Source: Actinomycetota bacterium (GTDB lineage: Bacteria > Actinomycetota > UBA4738 > HRBIN12). Taken from it: DNA of 64,000 nt. The notes beneath the pieces were generated by a model. It was not told the DNA's origin. It saw only the letters and a program-made list of their open reading frames with translations, and ran no database searches. Of this stretch, positions 46,172-56,321 are shown one piece after another. Location of the stretch: the NCBI GenBank assembly GCA_035519495.1, contig DATIWE010000056.1, forward strand, positions 18,657 to 82,656, in the 5' to 3' direction. Both the position numbers and the translations under genes were made by a program. Positions within the stretch are counted from its first letter, which is position 1. Each line of letters starts with the position of its first letter.

Positions 46172-47752
46172 GTGCTCGGCTTCGAAGGCGAACACGCGAG
46201 AGAGAAGGTCATCGTCCTGTTGACGATGTGCTTCGCGCTGGCGATGGCGATGCTCGACAACACGGTCGTCAACGTGGCATTGCCGAGCATCCAACTCCAC
46301 CTCGGCGCCGGCTTCTCCGAGCTCCAGTGGGTCGTGGACGGCTACGTGCTGGCGTTCGCCTCCCTGCTCCTGACCGGCGGGATCCTGGGCGACCGGTATG
46401 GCCGCAAGAAGATCTTCCTCATCGGCCTCGTGGTCTTCACGATCTTCTCGTTCATGTGCGGCGTTTCGCAGAACGCGACGCAGCTGATCGTCTTCCGCGC
46501 CCTCCAGGGCGTCGGCGGCGCCCTCATGATCCCGGGCACACTGTCCATCATCACCGTGACGTTCCCGCCGCAGGAGCGCGCCAAGGCGCTGGGCATCTGG
46601 GCGGGCGTGTCGGGGATCGCCCTGGCCCTCGGGCCGACGCTCGGCGGCTACATGGTCGAGCATCTCGGCTGGGCGTCGGTGTTCTTCCTCAACGTGCCGA
46701 TCGGCATCACGGCGTTCTTCGTGGCGATGTCCACCGTCACCGAGTCGGTCTCCGAGGTGGAGCGCAAACTCGATGTCGTGGGTCTCGCGCTCGGCACGTC
46801 CGCGCTGTTCTTCGTGACTTATGGCCTGATCGAAGCGAACCAGCTCGGGTGGAGCAGCCCTCGCATCGTCGGATCGTTCGTCTTGTTCGCGGTGCTGCTC
46901 GCCTCGTTCCTGTACTGGGAGCTGAAGAACGAGCACGCCATGATGCCGCTGCGATTCTTCAAGATCCCGGCCTTCTCGGCCGGCAACACCGTCGCGTTCA
47001 GCGTGTCCCTCGGGATGTTCGCGACGTTCTTCTTCCTGACCCTCTACATGCAGCTGATCCACGGGTACTCGCCGTTCCAGGCCGGCGCGGCGTTCCTGCC
47101 GATGACGCTCGCGATCATCATCACTGCGCCGAACGCGGGCAAGTATGCGTCCGAGCACGGCTCGCGCGCGCCGATGACGTATGGCCTGATCCTCGGCGGC
47201 ACCGGACTCGTTCTCCTGGGCCTGTTGCTGACGCCGACGACCTCGTACTGGGTGCTGTTCCCGATCTTCATCTTGATGGGCCACGGCCTCGGCTCCACGA
47301 TGGCGCCGATGACCGCGGCGGTGATGAACTCGGTCGGTCACGAGCGAGCCGGCCTCGGCTCCGCGATGACGAACACGAGCCGCGAGGTCGGCGGCGTCCT
47401 CGGCATCGCGTTGCTCGGCGCGATCTTGACGACCAAGCTGAACAGCGCGTTCGCCCCGGCGGTCGCGAACCTCGGCCTGAGCCGGACCCAGCTGGCCACG
47501 GTCAGCGACGCGGCCAAGCACGGCACGCTCTCGGTCGACGGTCTCAACCCGACCCAAGCGCAGGGCGTGCTCGTCGCGTTCAAGGACGCGTTCATGCAGG
47601 GCTTCCATCCGGCGCTCGTCTTCGCCGGCTGCATCCTGCTCGTGGCCGCCGTGATCGCGAACCGGTTCATCCCCGGCCGCGAGACGGTCGCGGCGCACCA
47701 CGCCGCCGCCGCGGGTCAGCCTGCCCAGGAGCAGCTCGCCGTCGAGATGTGA
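46172..47752 (+). CDS. MFS transporter, DHA2 (EmrB/QacA) family, 14 TMS
   Basis: Motif A-like sequence is LGDRYGRKKIF and the length is about 525 aa. GGGAG precedes the GTG at 46172. An alternative ATG is at 46121. Confidence 0.8.
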   Translation: MLGFEGEHAREKVIVLLTMCFALAMAMLDNTVVNVALPSIQLHLGAGFSELQWVVDGYVLAFASLLLTGGILGDRYGRKKIFLIGLVVFTIFSFMCGVSQNATQLIVFRALQGVGGALMIPGTLSIITVTFPPQERAKALGIWAGVSGIALALGPTLGGYMVEHLGWASVFFLNVPIGITAFFVAMSTVTESVSEVERKLDVVGLALGTSALFFVTYGLIEANQLGWSSPRIVGSFVLFAVLLASFLYWELKNEHAMMPLRFFKIPAFSAGNTVAFSVSLGMFATFFFLTLYMQLIHGYSPFQAGAAFLPMTLAIIITAPNAGKYASEHGSRAPMTYGLILGGTGLVLLGLLLTPTTSYWVLFPIFILMGHGLGSTMAPMTAAVMNSVGHERAGLGSAMTNTSREVGGVLGIALLGAILTTKLNSAFAPAVANLGLSRTQLATVSDAAKHGTLSVDGLNPTQAQGVLVAFKDAFMQGFHPALVFAGCILLVAAVIANRFIPGRETVAAHHAAAAGQPAQEQLAVEM

Positions 47753-47764
47753 CGCCGGCCGGGC

Positions 47765-50431
47765 TCAGCTGCCCGGCTTGAAGACCATGTCGGTCGGGCG
47801 CCCCTCCACGGGCAGGATCTCGACGTATCCGTCCGTCCCATGCACGCGGATCCGCTGCCCATCCCGGATCAGCCGGGTTGCGTGCTCCACGCCCACGACG
47901 GCCGGCAATCCGTACTCCCGTGCGATCACCGCGCCATGGGTCATCAAGCCCCCGACTTCCGTCACCAGACCTGAGATCGCAACGAACAGCGGCGTCCAGC
48001 TGGGGTCCGTGGAGGTCGTGACCAGGATGTCGCCCGCTTCGAGATCGGCCTGCGCCATGTCGTGGATGACGCGGGCCCGCCCCTCGATGGTCCCGGCCGA
48101 AACCGGGAGGCCTACCAGGGCGCCGGCCGGCACGTCATCGCGCCGGTAGGCCCCGGCGATGGCCTCGCCATCGGACGTGAGCACCCGGGGTGGTGTGAGC
48201 GTTCGATACGACCGGAACGCGTCCTTGCGCTGGTGGACGAGCTGGTCATCCACGTGGTTCGCGCGCACGACGTCGCGGAGCTCCTCGAACGTGAGGTAGA
48301 AGACGTCTTCCTTCTCACGAAGCACGTGGGCATGCACGAGGCGCTCGGCCTCCTCCAGCAACGCCTGCTTGTAGACGAAGTAGCGGCTGACCATGCCGTA
48401 CTTCGGATACTCCCGGTACCCGATGAAGGTCCGGACCCGTTCGATCATCCGCTTGACTTCCTCGGCCTTCCGCTCCCCGTCCGGCAGGGCCCGCACGCGC
48501 TCGAGCAGCTCCTGTTCCTTCGCCCACGCCTCCTGCCGTCCTTGCTCGAAGCGCCGCTCGCCAGCGCCCGGCTCGACGTTCTTGATGTTGCCGAGGATCA
48601 CGGGGACGAGCGCGGTGGGACGTTCGCTCCAACGCGGCCTCGTGATGTCGATCTCGCCGACGCAGCGCATGCCGTACGTGCCGAGGAAGGCCCCGATGGC
48701 GTCTCTCGCCTCCCGCCCGCCATCGAGCTTGGCCATCTCGTCCAGGAAGCCGTCGTCCTGGACGTGTTCGAGGAAGGCCACCACGTCCGGGTGTAGGCGG
48801 ATCACATCCGCGACGTCCAGGAGCGCCAGCCCCATCTCTGACGTCACGTTGTTGGGGACGGACCGCGTGAGCGTGTCGGCCGCGTTCTTCTCTCCCAGCC
48901 ACGCCTCCAGCCGCTCGTTGAGCCACCACGTGGCCTCCATGGCCGACATGAACACCTGATGGCTCCGCGGATCGAAGAGGATCCGCTTCAGCTCCTGGAT
49001 ATCCGCAAGGATGAAGTCGATCAGCGCCGGTCCGGACCTGGTTCGGATATCGCGCCGCAGTGCGGCGATGGACGCCTGCGTGTGCGCGACCAGCCCGGCG
49101 ACGATGGCCGGATCGGTCTCGAGCGGGGCGGGAGCGCTCGGGGTCGGCGCACCGACCTGACCCTCGTCCGGGCTCGGCGGGATGAAGTCGTCGCGTTCCA
49201 GGACGGTCTCCAGCGCGTCCCGCATCAACGGATCGCCCCTCCCCATGACTTCCAGGAGGCTCGCGCGGCCGGCCGGGGACGCCAGGCGCTGGGTGACGTC
49301 GACGAACAGCCTCCCGCCGGCCTCGTACATCCGCGGAAGGGCCGTCAGCTGCCACATGGAGATCCCCAGGGGCTTCATGGCCTCGGTCATCATCTGGCCA
49401 TGTCCGACGGAGACGAAGACGTGGTTCCGTCCGTCGTCCGTCTCTGGGATGGGGAAGAGTGTCGTGATCGGCCGGCTCTGAACGATCTGGAAGTCGTCGT
49501 CGACCAGGCACCATTCGATGTCCTGGGGGTGGCCGAAGTGCGCCTCGATCCGCCGTCCCAGCTGCGCGAGTCGTACGACCTGCCCGTCCGTCAGCGCCGG
49601 CTTCTCCTGCCGCTCCGGGTCGATCGCCTCTTCCCGCGTACCGCCGCCCGGCAGGGCGTGGAGAGCGCGCTGCTTGGTGGCGATCGCCTTGGCGACGACC
49701 TCGCCGTCCCGCACCGTGTAGGCGTCGGCGTTCACCAGACCTGAGGCCAGGGCCTCGCCGAGGCCGTAGCTGGCCTCCACGGAGACGACCTTCCGGTTCG
49801 ACGTGACGGGGTCGGCCGTGAACAGGATGCCGGACGCGTCCGGGAAGACCATCCGCTGCACGACCACCGCGATGGCGACCTTCGCCTGGTCGACGCCGTT
49901 CCGCAGGCGATAGGTCACGGCCCGCTCGGTGAACAGCGATGCCCAGCACCGGCTGATGTGCCGGAGGATCGCCGCCGGCCCCACGACGTTGAGGTAGGTG
50001 TCGTGCTGGCCCGCGAAGGAGGCCGTCGGCAGGTCCTCTGCCGTCGCGCTGGAGCGGACGGCGTACGCGGCGTGCTCGCCGAGGCGGGAGAGCGAGCGAG
50101 AGATCGCCGCCGCCAGATCGTCGGGGACGGCGATGCCTTCGACGGTCCGGCGGATCTCCGCGGTGAGCGTCCGGATCGACCCCAGGTCATCCGGGTTCAG
50201 GCGCGACAGCTGATCGAGCGGTTCGTCGATCGATCGCGCCTCCGCCCTGATCCGCCGGAAGGCGTCGGTCGTCACGCAGAAGCCCGCCGGCACGTGGACG
50301 CCCTCGATCCGCGAAAGCTCCCCGAGGTGCGCGCCCTTGCCGCCGACGAGCGCGACCTGGGTCTGGTCGATCTCCTGGAGGCCCAGCACCTGGCTGGCGG
50401 GGACCTCGTCGATCGGAACCTCGCGGGTCAC
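47765..50431 (-). CDS. PEP-utilising-enzyme family protein with rifampin phosphotransferase (RPH)-like domain order
   Basis: 888 aa. The N-terminal domain is PPDK_N/ATP-grasp-like (QVALVGGKGAHLGEL). The mobile phospho-His swivel domain sits at the extreme C-terminus (GGLMTHGAVIAREYGLPAVVG). That order is characteristic of RPH rather than PpsA. Confidence 0.7.
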   Translation of the reverse strand: MTREVPIDEVPASQVLGLQEIDQTQVALVGGKGAHLGELSRIEGVHVPAGFCVTTDAFRRIRAEARSIDEPLDQLSRLNPDDLGSIRTLTAEIRRTVEGIAVPDDLAAAISRSLSRLGEHAAYAVRSSATAEDLPTASFAGQHDTYLNVVGPAAILRHISRCWASLFTERAVTYRLRNGVDQAKVAIAVVVQRMVFPDASGILFTADPVTSNRKVVSVEASYGLGEALASGLVNADAYTVRDGEVVAKAIATKQRALHALPGGGTREEAIDPERQEKPALTDGQVVRLAQLGRRIEAHFGHPQDIEWCLVDDDFQIVQSRPITTLFPIPETDDGRNHVFVSVGHGQMMTEAMKPLGISMWQLTALPRMYEAGGRLFVDVTQRLASPAGRASLLEVMGRGDPLMRDALETVLERDDFIPPSPDEGQVGAPTPSAPAPLETDPAIVAGLVAHTQASIAALRRDIRTRSGPALIDFILADIQELKRILFDPRSHQVFMSAMEATWWLNERLEAWLGEKNAADTLTRSVPNNVTSEMGLALLDVADVIRLHPDVVAFLEHVQDDGFLDEMAKLDGGREARDAIGAFLGTYGMRCVGEIDITRPRWSERPTALVPVILGNIKNVEPGAGERRFEQGRQEAWAKEQELLERVRALPDGERKAEEVKRMIERVRTFIGYREYPKYGMVSRYFVYKQALLEEAERLVHAHVLREKEDVFYLTFEELRDVVRANHVDDQLVHQRKDAFRSYRTLTPPRVLTSDGEAIAGAYRRDDVPAGALVGLPVSAGTIEGRARVIHDMAQADLEAGDILVTTSTDPSWTPLFVAISGLVTEVGGLMTHGAVIAREYGLPAVVGVEHATRLIRDGQRIRVHGTDGYVEILPVEGRPTDMVFKPGS

Positions 50432-50471
50432 GTCAATCGCTTCGAGGTCGGGCGATCACACGGGTCCATCC

Positions 50472-51308
50472 TCATCGGAGGAGACGGTCCAGCCGCCGAT
50501 CCGACAATCGCTTCCCGCCCGTCTGGCACGTGGGGCAGTACGTCACCTCGTGGCTCTCGTAGGACACGCGCCGCAGATCCGCGCCGCATCGCGGGCAGGG
50601 CTCACCCGCGCGATTGTGCACCGTGAAGTGGTCCCCGATCTTCGTGGGCAGACCACCCGTGCGCTTCCGCTCCGCCACGAGCGCCTCGTCGAGGATCGAG
50701 CGGATCGCGGCGACCAACCGCTCGCGCTGCTCGGCGTCGAGCTTGCCCAGCTGGGACGTCGGCGACAGCTGCGCCTCATGCAGCACGTCGTCGGTGTAGC
50801 CGCGTCCGAGACCCGCGATCGTGCGCTGGTCGCGCAGGATCGTGTGGACGCGTCGGGTGTCGTCCGAGGTGCGCAGGAGCTCGTCGGCCTCGGGTGAGAG
50901 CGCCTCGGGACCGAGCCGCCCCAACGGCCCGTCGTCCCCCGCCGCCAGGACCCACCACCCGGCCTTGCGTTGCGTGCCGAACTCCTTGACCAGGATCGAA
51001 GGCCGCTCGGCGAACCGCAGCCGCACGACCGAGCCGCGGGGCTTCGTCTGCTTCGGCGGCGCCTCGACGTCGATGCGCCCGCCCTGCGACAGGTGCACGA
51101 GCAGTCGCCGATCGTCCTCGAACCCGACGATCGCGTACTTCCCGAGGCTGGTAACGCCGGTGGCGAGGGCGCCGGCCAGCTCGTCGGGGCGTGGCGCGTA
51201 GGTCTTCAGCGACGAGAACTGCAGGACGTCGGCACGCTCGAAGGCGGCGCCGCCCACGACCTCGTCCAGCCGCTCGGACATCGCGCGGATCTCGGGGAGC
51301 TCGGGCAC
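50472..51308 (-). CDS. formamidopyrimidine-DNA glycosylase / endonuclease VIII (Fpg/Nei family)
   Basis: The N-terminus MPELPEI has catalytic Pro2/Glu3. The C-terminal zinc finger is CPRCG ... CPTC. Confidence 0.85.
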   Translation of the reverse strand: MPELPEIRAMSERLDEVVGGAAFERADVLQFSSLKTYAPRPDELAGALATGVTSLGKYAIVGFEDDRRLLVHLSQGGRIDVEAPPKQTKPRGSVVRLRFAERPSILVKEFGTQRKAGWWVLAAGDDGPLGRLGPEALSPEADELLRTSDDTRRVHTILRDQRTIAGLGRGYTDDVLHEAQLSPTSQLGKLDAEQRERLVAAIRSILDEALVAERKRTGGLPTKIGDHFTVHNRAGEPCPRCGADLRRVSYESHEVTYCPTCQTGGKRLSDRRLDRLLR

Positions 51309-51315
51309 GGCGGCC

Positions 51316-52734
51316 TCAGCCGGCGATCGCGGCGGCGGCCTCGCGCACGATCGCCGCGCATTCGTCGATCCGGTCCGCGTGCGTGCGGTGCGACACGATG
51401 CACGCGCGGATCCAGTAGTCGTCGCGGATCATCGTGCTGGACAGGAACACGCGCTTCGACGCGTTGATCCGCGTGAGCAGCTGGCGGCTCGCGGCTTCGT
51501 CCCCGCCGCGCATCCGGAACGGGACGACCGTCAGCTGGGGGCGCCAGCCGATCTCGATGTTCGGGTCGTCGGCGAGCGCGGCGTGCAGCCGGTCGGTGAG
51601 GTCGAGCTTCTCGTCCAGCGCCGTCCGGAACGAGTCGACGCCGTGCAGCACCAGCGGGAACCACACGCGGAGGCCGCGCATGTCGCGCGAGAGCTCGGGC
51701 GAGTACTCGTTGTAGTTCGGGAGGTCGCCGGAAGGCGGCATGTCCTGGAGGTACGCGGCGCCCTCGTAGTGGGCGTCGCGCAGCGCCGCGCCGTCGCGGA
51801 CGACGACGCCGCCGGTCCCGTACGGCAGGAACAGCCCCTTGTGCGGATCGAGCGTCACGCTGTCGGCTCGTTCGATGCCGCGGAACCGCTCACGGCCCCG
51901 GTCCGTCAGCTGGAAGAACCCGCCGTAAGCGGCGTCCACGTGGAGCCACAGGCCCTCGTCCCGCGCGACATCGGCAACCGCGTCGAGCGGATCGACGGCG
52001 CCGGTGTTCGTGGTGCCGGCGGCCGGCGAAACGAGGAACGGGCGCAGGCCCGCCGCACGGTCGGCGCGGATCGCGGCGCGCAACGCGTCGGGATCCATCC
52101 GGAGCTCGGCGTCGGTCGGCACGATCCGGAGGTTCCGGCGCGAGAAGCCGGCGATCGTCGCGTTCTTCGTCACGCTCGCGTGCGTCTGGTCGGTGCAGTA
52201 GTACGTGCCGTCGGTGAAGTCCTCCCCCAGCCGCGTGTGCCGGGCCGTGACCATCGCCGCGAGCGTCCCCATCGAGCCGCCCGTCGTCAGCAGCCCCTGC
52301 GACCCCTCCGGGAAGTCGAACAGCGAGCAGAGCCAACGCGTGACGTTCTCCTCCAGCTGCACCATCGCCGGGCTGGGCTGCCACAGGCCGACGTAGCGGT
52401 TGAGGCCCTGCGCCAGGAACTCGGCGAGCGCCGCCGTGTAGAGCCCGCCGCCCGGGATGTACGCCAGGTAGCCGGGCCCGCTGTACTCGTACGTGTGGCT
52501 CGCGGCCTCGATCGCGTCGTCGATCAGACCGCGGACGTCGGGCTCGCCGTGCTCGGGCGGCTCGGCGGCCAGCTTCTGGGCGATCTCCAGCGCCCCCTCG
52601 GTGTTCTCCGCCGGCGCGTCGTCCAACCCCTCGATCCACGTGATCAGGGTCTCCACGACGGCCTGGCCCATCGCACGCATGTCGGCGGCCGAGGGGTCGA
52701 GCGGGTAGCCCGCGCCACCGGGAACGCCGCTCAC
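51316..52734 (-). CDS. pyridoxal-phosphate-dependent group II decarboxylase
   Basis: The PLP-Lys motif is [15 protein letters not shown]. The fold is type I with a length of about 470 aa. Confidence 0.75.
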   Translation of the reverse strand: MSGVPGGAGYPLDPSAADMRAMGQAVVETLITWIEGLDDAPAENTEGALEIAQKLAAEPPEHGEPDVRGLIDDAIEAASHTYEYSGPGYLAYIPGGGLYTAALAEFLAQGLNRYVGLWQPSPAMVQLEENVTRWLCSLFDFPEGSQGLLTTGGSMGTLAAMVTARHTRLGEDFTDGTYYCTDQTHASVTKNATIAGFSRRNLRIVPTDAELRMDPDALRAAIRADRAAGLRPFLVSPAAGTTNTGAVDPLDAVADVARDEGLWLHVDAAYGGFFQLTDRGRERFRGIERADSVTLDPHKGLFLPYGTGGVVVRDGAALRDAHYEGAAYLQDMPPSGDLPNYNEYSPELSRDMRGLRVWFPLVLHGVDSFRTALDEKLDLTDRLHAALADDPNIEIGWRPQLTVVPFRMRGGDEAASRQLLTRINASKRVFLSSTMIRDDYWIRACIVSHRTHADRIDECAAIVREAAAAIAG

Positions 52735-52937
52735 GCCATCTCCTTGGCCACCGAGTCCAGCAGCTCGCTCGAAGCCGCCGCGATCTCCTCGACGGCCCGG
52801 TCGAACGCCTCCCGATGTCGAGCCGACGGTTCGCGGAAGCCGCTGACCTTCCGGACGTACTGGAGGGCGGCCTCGCGGATCTCCTCGGACGGCGCGATCT
52901 GGACCCCTTCACGCAGACGCTTGATGCTCCGGCACAT
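52731..52937 (-). CDS. DUF2277 domain protein
   Basis: MCRSIKRLREG... is the typical DUF2277 N-terminus. It is 68 aa and overlaps the decarboxylase start by 4 nt. Confidence 0.6.
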   Translation of the reverse strand: MCRSIKRLREGVQIAPSEEIREAALQYVRKVSGFREPSARHREAFDRAVEEIAAASSELLDSVAKEMA

Positions 52938-52970
52938 GGCGACCACGCTACCGCGCCGGCGCGCGAGCGG

Positions 52971-55142
52971 TCAGCCTGCCCCGGTCCGCGCGGCCACCCG
53001 TGCTGCAGCCGACACCGCGAGCGCCTCTTCATCGGGGCCCGGACGGGCCCCAGGCTGTGCGAACCGCGCCCGCTCGAACGTCCGCACGACGATCCGGCTC
53101 TCTTCGACGGCCTCCGCGTCGAAGCGCGCGTCCCGTCGCACCGCCTCCAGCACCTCGGCCGGCGTCCGGGCCGGCGAGCGGGCGTGCCCGGCCGCTTCGA
53201 GCACCGTCAGGAGCTCCTCGAACGCGCGGCCGGCGGCGTCGGGCGGCCGCGGCGGGCGGCGGCGGCGCCGACGGCGGAGCAGCTCGACCATCGCGATCCC
53301 GGCGGCCGCCCCCACCGCGAGGACGACCCCGGCGCTCCGGATCGCGTGCGTCGCGGTCACCACGGCGTGCTCGGCCGCGACGGCCGCGCGACGGACCGGC
53401 GCCGGGACGTGCTGGCGCGCCACTCGCTGGATCGCGGCGATCACCTCCTGGCCGACGAAGCTCCCCGCGGTGGTTCCGGCCTCGGGGACCCCGAACGTCG
53501 GGTCGTACGGCAGCCAGCCGGCGTTCGGGTAGTAGACCTCGACCCATGCGTGCGCGTCGGACTGACGCACCTCCCAGTACCCCGTGAGGGGGTTGCGGTC
53601 CCCGGGCCCGTAGCCGGTCACGATGCGCGTGGGGATCCCTTCGGCGCGCAACAGGATCGCCATCGCGCTCGCGATGTGCTCGCAGAAGCCCCGTCGCGTG
53701 TCGAACAGGAAGTGGTCGACGGCGTCCACGCCCGGAGGCTCGCGCGGCACGTTCAGGTCGTAGCGGGTGTTCGCACGGAGCCACGCCTGAACGCGCTCGA
53801 CCGCGTCCTCCTCTCCCGTGGCTCCCGCGGTGATCCGCGCCGCGAGGTCGCGGTCGCGCTGCGGCAGGTCGGCGGGGAGCTCGAGGTACGGCTCGAGGTG
53901 CCGTGTGAGGGGCGGGAGCGGCACGCTGGCGAGCGCCGCCGCCGGGATCCGTGGCACCTGGGAGACCACCGAGTAGACGAGACCCTCGTCCAGGAGGATC
54001 GGCGAACGGATCGACCCGTCGCGATCGTACCGGAGGCCGCCGCTCGGGAAGTACACCGACTCGGCCCGCGCCGCCGCGAACAGCACGTTCGGCTGCGGTT
54101 GCGCGATGTAGAACGTCTGGACGACCTCGTCGGTGAGCGACCTCGCGAGCGGGCCGCCGGGATCGACGTCGGGGATGTCGGCCGCCCCGGTGTCGGGATC
54201 GAGCGACACGTCCTCGAGCCCGGGGGCCGTCGAGGTCCACACCGACCCGTCGAAGCGATCGAAGGCCTCCGCCCGCCACAGCGCCGGCTGGTCGGCGCGG
54301 ACCCGGAACACGACCTGATCCGAGAGACGACCCCGGGCCCGGAGGTCCATCGCCGAGCTGAACCCCGGGTAGCCGAGCGCGCCGAAATCCACGATGCCGT
54401 CGGTGTCGGCTTGCGGCAGGCCGGGGTTCGTCACGTCGCCGTCGGCGGGCGTCGGCGTCCGGTTGCCCAGGGTGAACGGTGGAGTGTGCGTCAGCGTGCT
54501 CGGCAGGCGCGGCATCGCGAGGAACAACAGACCGCCGAGGACGATCGCCGCGAGGCCGGCGCTCCCGGCCGACCGGGCGGCGGCCAGGCGCGGCGGGCGG
54601 CCGGCCGCGATCCGGCGCACCGAGACCGGCGCCGTCATCTCGTCCGGGCGCGGCTGCGCGGACAACCACAGCCATGCGGCGGACAGCGCCGCCCACGCCA
54701 GGAGGATCCCGGCGAAGCCGGTCGTGAGCGACAGCACGGCCGCCGCGGCCACGAGCGTCGTCGAGGACACCATCGAGAACGCGAGGTCGCGCCGTCGCGG
54801 CACATCGAACGCGTGCAACACCTGCACCCACAGGAACAGCGCCGCCAGCGGCATGCGCGCGGCGTCCACCGTCTGGGCGGTGCGCACCGTTCGGACGAAC
54901 AGGTCCATCGCGACGAGCAGCCCGATCACCAGCCCGGCCTTGATCACGAGGTTCGACCGGTACCGGCGGTGGTACGAGAGGAGGTAGCCGGCGGGCGCGA
55001 GGACCAGCGCCGCCGCCGCGGTCGACGGGGCCACGGCGGCGCGGGTCACGACGGCCCAGATGCCGAGCTCCACCGCGAGCGCGACGACGACCCGCATCGC
55101 GATCGAGTCCTCGGGCGGCGGCGCGGGGCGACGGAGGTTCAT
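52971..55142 (-). CDS. transglutaminase-like (TgpA-type) membrane protein
   Basis: The N-terminal polytopic region is DUF3488-like. The transglutaminase core is GFCEHIASAMAILLRAEGIPTRIVTGY ... DAHAWVEVY (Cys-His-Asp). Its ATG overlaps the DUF58 stop (ATGA). Alternative-frame ORFs were rejected. Confidence 0.8.
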   Translation of the reverse strand: MNLRRPAPPPEDSIAMRVVVALAVELGIWAVVTRAAVAPSTAAAALVLAPAGYLLSYHRRYRSNLVIKAGLVIGLLVAMDLFVRTVRTAQTVDAARMPLAALFLWVQVLHAFDVPRRRDLAFSMVSSTTLVAAAAVLSLTTGFAGILLAWAALSAAWLWLSAQPRPDEMTAPVSVRRIAAGRPPRLAAARSAGSAGLAAIVLGGLLFLAMPRLPSTLTHTPPFTLGNRTPTPADGDVTNPGLPQADTDGIVDFGALGYPGFSSAMDLRARGRLSDQVVFRVRADQPALWRAEAFDRFDGSVWTSTAPGLEDVSLDPDTGAADIPDVDPGGPLARSLTDEVVQTFYIAQPQPNVLFAAARAESVYFPSGGLRYDRDGSIRSPILLDEGLVYSVVSQVPRIPAAALASVPLPPLTRHLEPYLELPADLPQRDRDLAARITAGATGEEDAVERVQAWLRANTRYDLNVPREPPGVDAVDHFLFDTRRGFCEHIASAMAILLRAEGIPTRIVTGYGPGDRNPLTGYWEVRQSDAHAWVEVYYPNAGWLPYDPTFGVPEAGTTAGSFVGQEVIAAIQRVARQHVPAPVRRAAVAAEHAVVTATHAIRSAGVVLAVGAAAGIAMVELLRRRRRRRPPRPPDAAGRAFEELLTVLEAAGHARSPARTPAEVLEAVRRDARFDAEAVEESRIVVRTFERARFAQPGARPGPDEEALAVSAAARVAARTGAG

Positions 55143-56317
55143 CGCGCCACCGCCCGCGCCCCGAGGCATGCGGCCAGGTCCTGGTCGACGCGCCAGGGCC
55201 GGATCTCCACGCCCGGGTGCGTCTCCTCGGCGAGGGTGCCCACCACGTCCAGGAGCACCGGCACGAGCACGACGCGCTCCACGACGGCGCTCGCGCGCAC
55301 GGCCGCGTCGAGCACCGGGACCCGGTCGCGGTCCCGCCACGCCGGGAAGGCCACCACGAGGGTCTCGACACCGCGGAACTCCTCGGGCCCGAGCCGGTCG
55401 AGCACGGTGGGGAGCGGCACGCCGCTCGGCCGCAAACGGGCCAGCCACTCCAGCAGCTCCCGCCCGTCGGTCCGCCCCAGGACATCGACGGTCCGGTCCG
55501 GGAGCGCGCCGGCCAGCCGGACGCCGTGCCCGTTCGCGAACGCCGCCTCGACGACGGATGCCGCGACGCAGCAGCACCGATCCAGGGGCGTCCAGGACTC
55601 GCCGAGGTCGCGCTCGGTGTCGATCACGACGGCGAGCCGGCGGGTCCGCTCCTGCTCGAATTCGCGGACCATGACCTCGCCGTGACGGGCCGTCAGGCCC
55701 CAGTGCACGTGGCGCATCGAGTCGCCGGGGCGGTAGCCACGCACGGCCAGGTAGTCCGGCCCCTGCCCGCGCCGGGGCGCCGTATGGATCGCCGGCTCGA
55801 GCGTGCCGACCGGCTCGACGAACGGCAGCCCCGGGAGCGGGAGCACGCGCGGCAATACAAGGGTGCGCGCCTGCACCGGCACGCGCCGGACGCGCTCCGC
55901 GACGCCGAACGGCGCGGCCGACCGCAACGTGATCGAGGCGGTCGCGACCTCGCCGCGACGCGCCGGCGTCCGACGCGTCGTGACGTCGATCCGCTCGTGC
56001 GGTCGCACCGACGGCAGGAACAGTTCGGTCGGCTGGAGGTGTTCGTCGTGCACCCGCACGCCCCAGCGGACGCCGCGACGGCGGTTCTCCAGCTGGAGCT
56101 CGATCGTCGCCTCGCCGCCCTGCGAAGCGTCGGCCGGCGCGTCGAGCGCGGCGTGGAGCCCGCGGAGCGCGGCGAACGGCAACACGAGTCCGGCGGCGAC
56201 CGCGCCGAGCAGCATCGCCGAGATCACGTAGAGCCAGCCCGCCTGCACCATCGTGCCGATCAGGAACAGGACCGCCGCGCCGATCAGGAGGCCGCCGGCG
56301 CGTTTGCGCAACCGCAC
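55139..56317 (-). CDS. DUF58 domain protein (MoxR partner, vWA-like)
   Basis: It has N-terminal TM helices and a DUF58 core, and sits between MoxR and the transglutaminase as in canonical operons. Confidence 0.75.
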   Translation of the reverse strand: MRLRKRAGGLLIGAAVLFLIGTMVQAGWLYVISAMLLGAVAAGLVLPFAALRGLHAALDAPADASQGGEATIELQLENRRRGVRWGVRVHDEHLQPTELFLPSVRPHERIDVTTRRTPARRGEVATASITLRSAAPFGVAERVRRVPVQARTLVLPRVLPLPGLPFVEPVGTLEPAIHTAPRRGQGPDYLAVRGYRPGDSMRHVHWGLTARHGEVMVREFEQERTRRLAVVIDTERDLGESWTPLDRCCCVAASVVEAAFANGHGVRLAGALPDRTVDVLGRTDGRELLEWLARLRPSGVPLPTVLDRLGPEEFRGVETLVVAFPAWRDRDRVPVLDAAVRASAVVERVVLVPVLLDVVGTLAEETHPGVEIRPWRVDQDLAACLGARAVAR

Positions 56318-56321
56318 GGGA

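Noticed and set aside
44644-47701. Minus-strand ORFs of 548 aa and 593 aa antisense to drrB-like/MFS genes
   Set aside because: They are antisense to membrane transporters with clear TM periodicity and have a charged low-complexity translation.
47765-50431. Calling the 888-aa PEP-utilising protein phosphoenolpyruvate synthase (ppsA)
   Set aside because: The domain order with the phospho-His swivel domain at the extreme C-terminus and no C-terminal TIM-barrel PEP-binding domain fits the rifampin phosphotransferase family better than PpsA. I kept it as RPH-like with moderate confidence.
53029-55485. 818-aa alternative-frame minus ORF and 956-aa plus-strand ORF (52815-55685) over the transglutaminase gene
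   Set aside because: Both are low-complexity Arg/Gly/Pro translations. Only the chosen frame carries the TgpA transglutaminase Cys-His-Asp core and hydrophobic TM helices.
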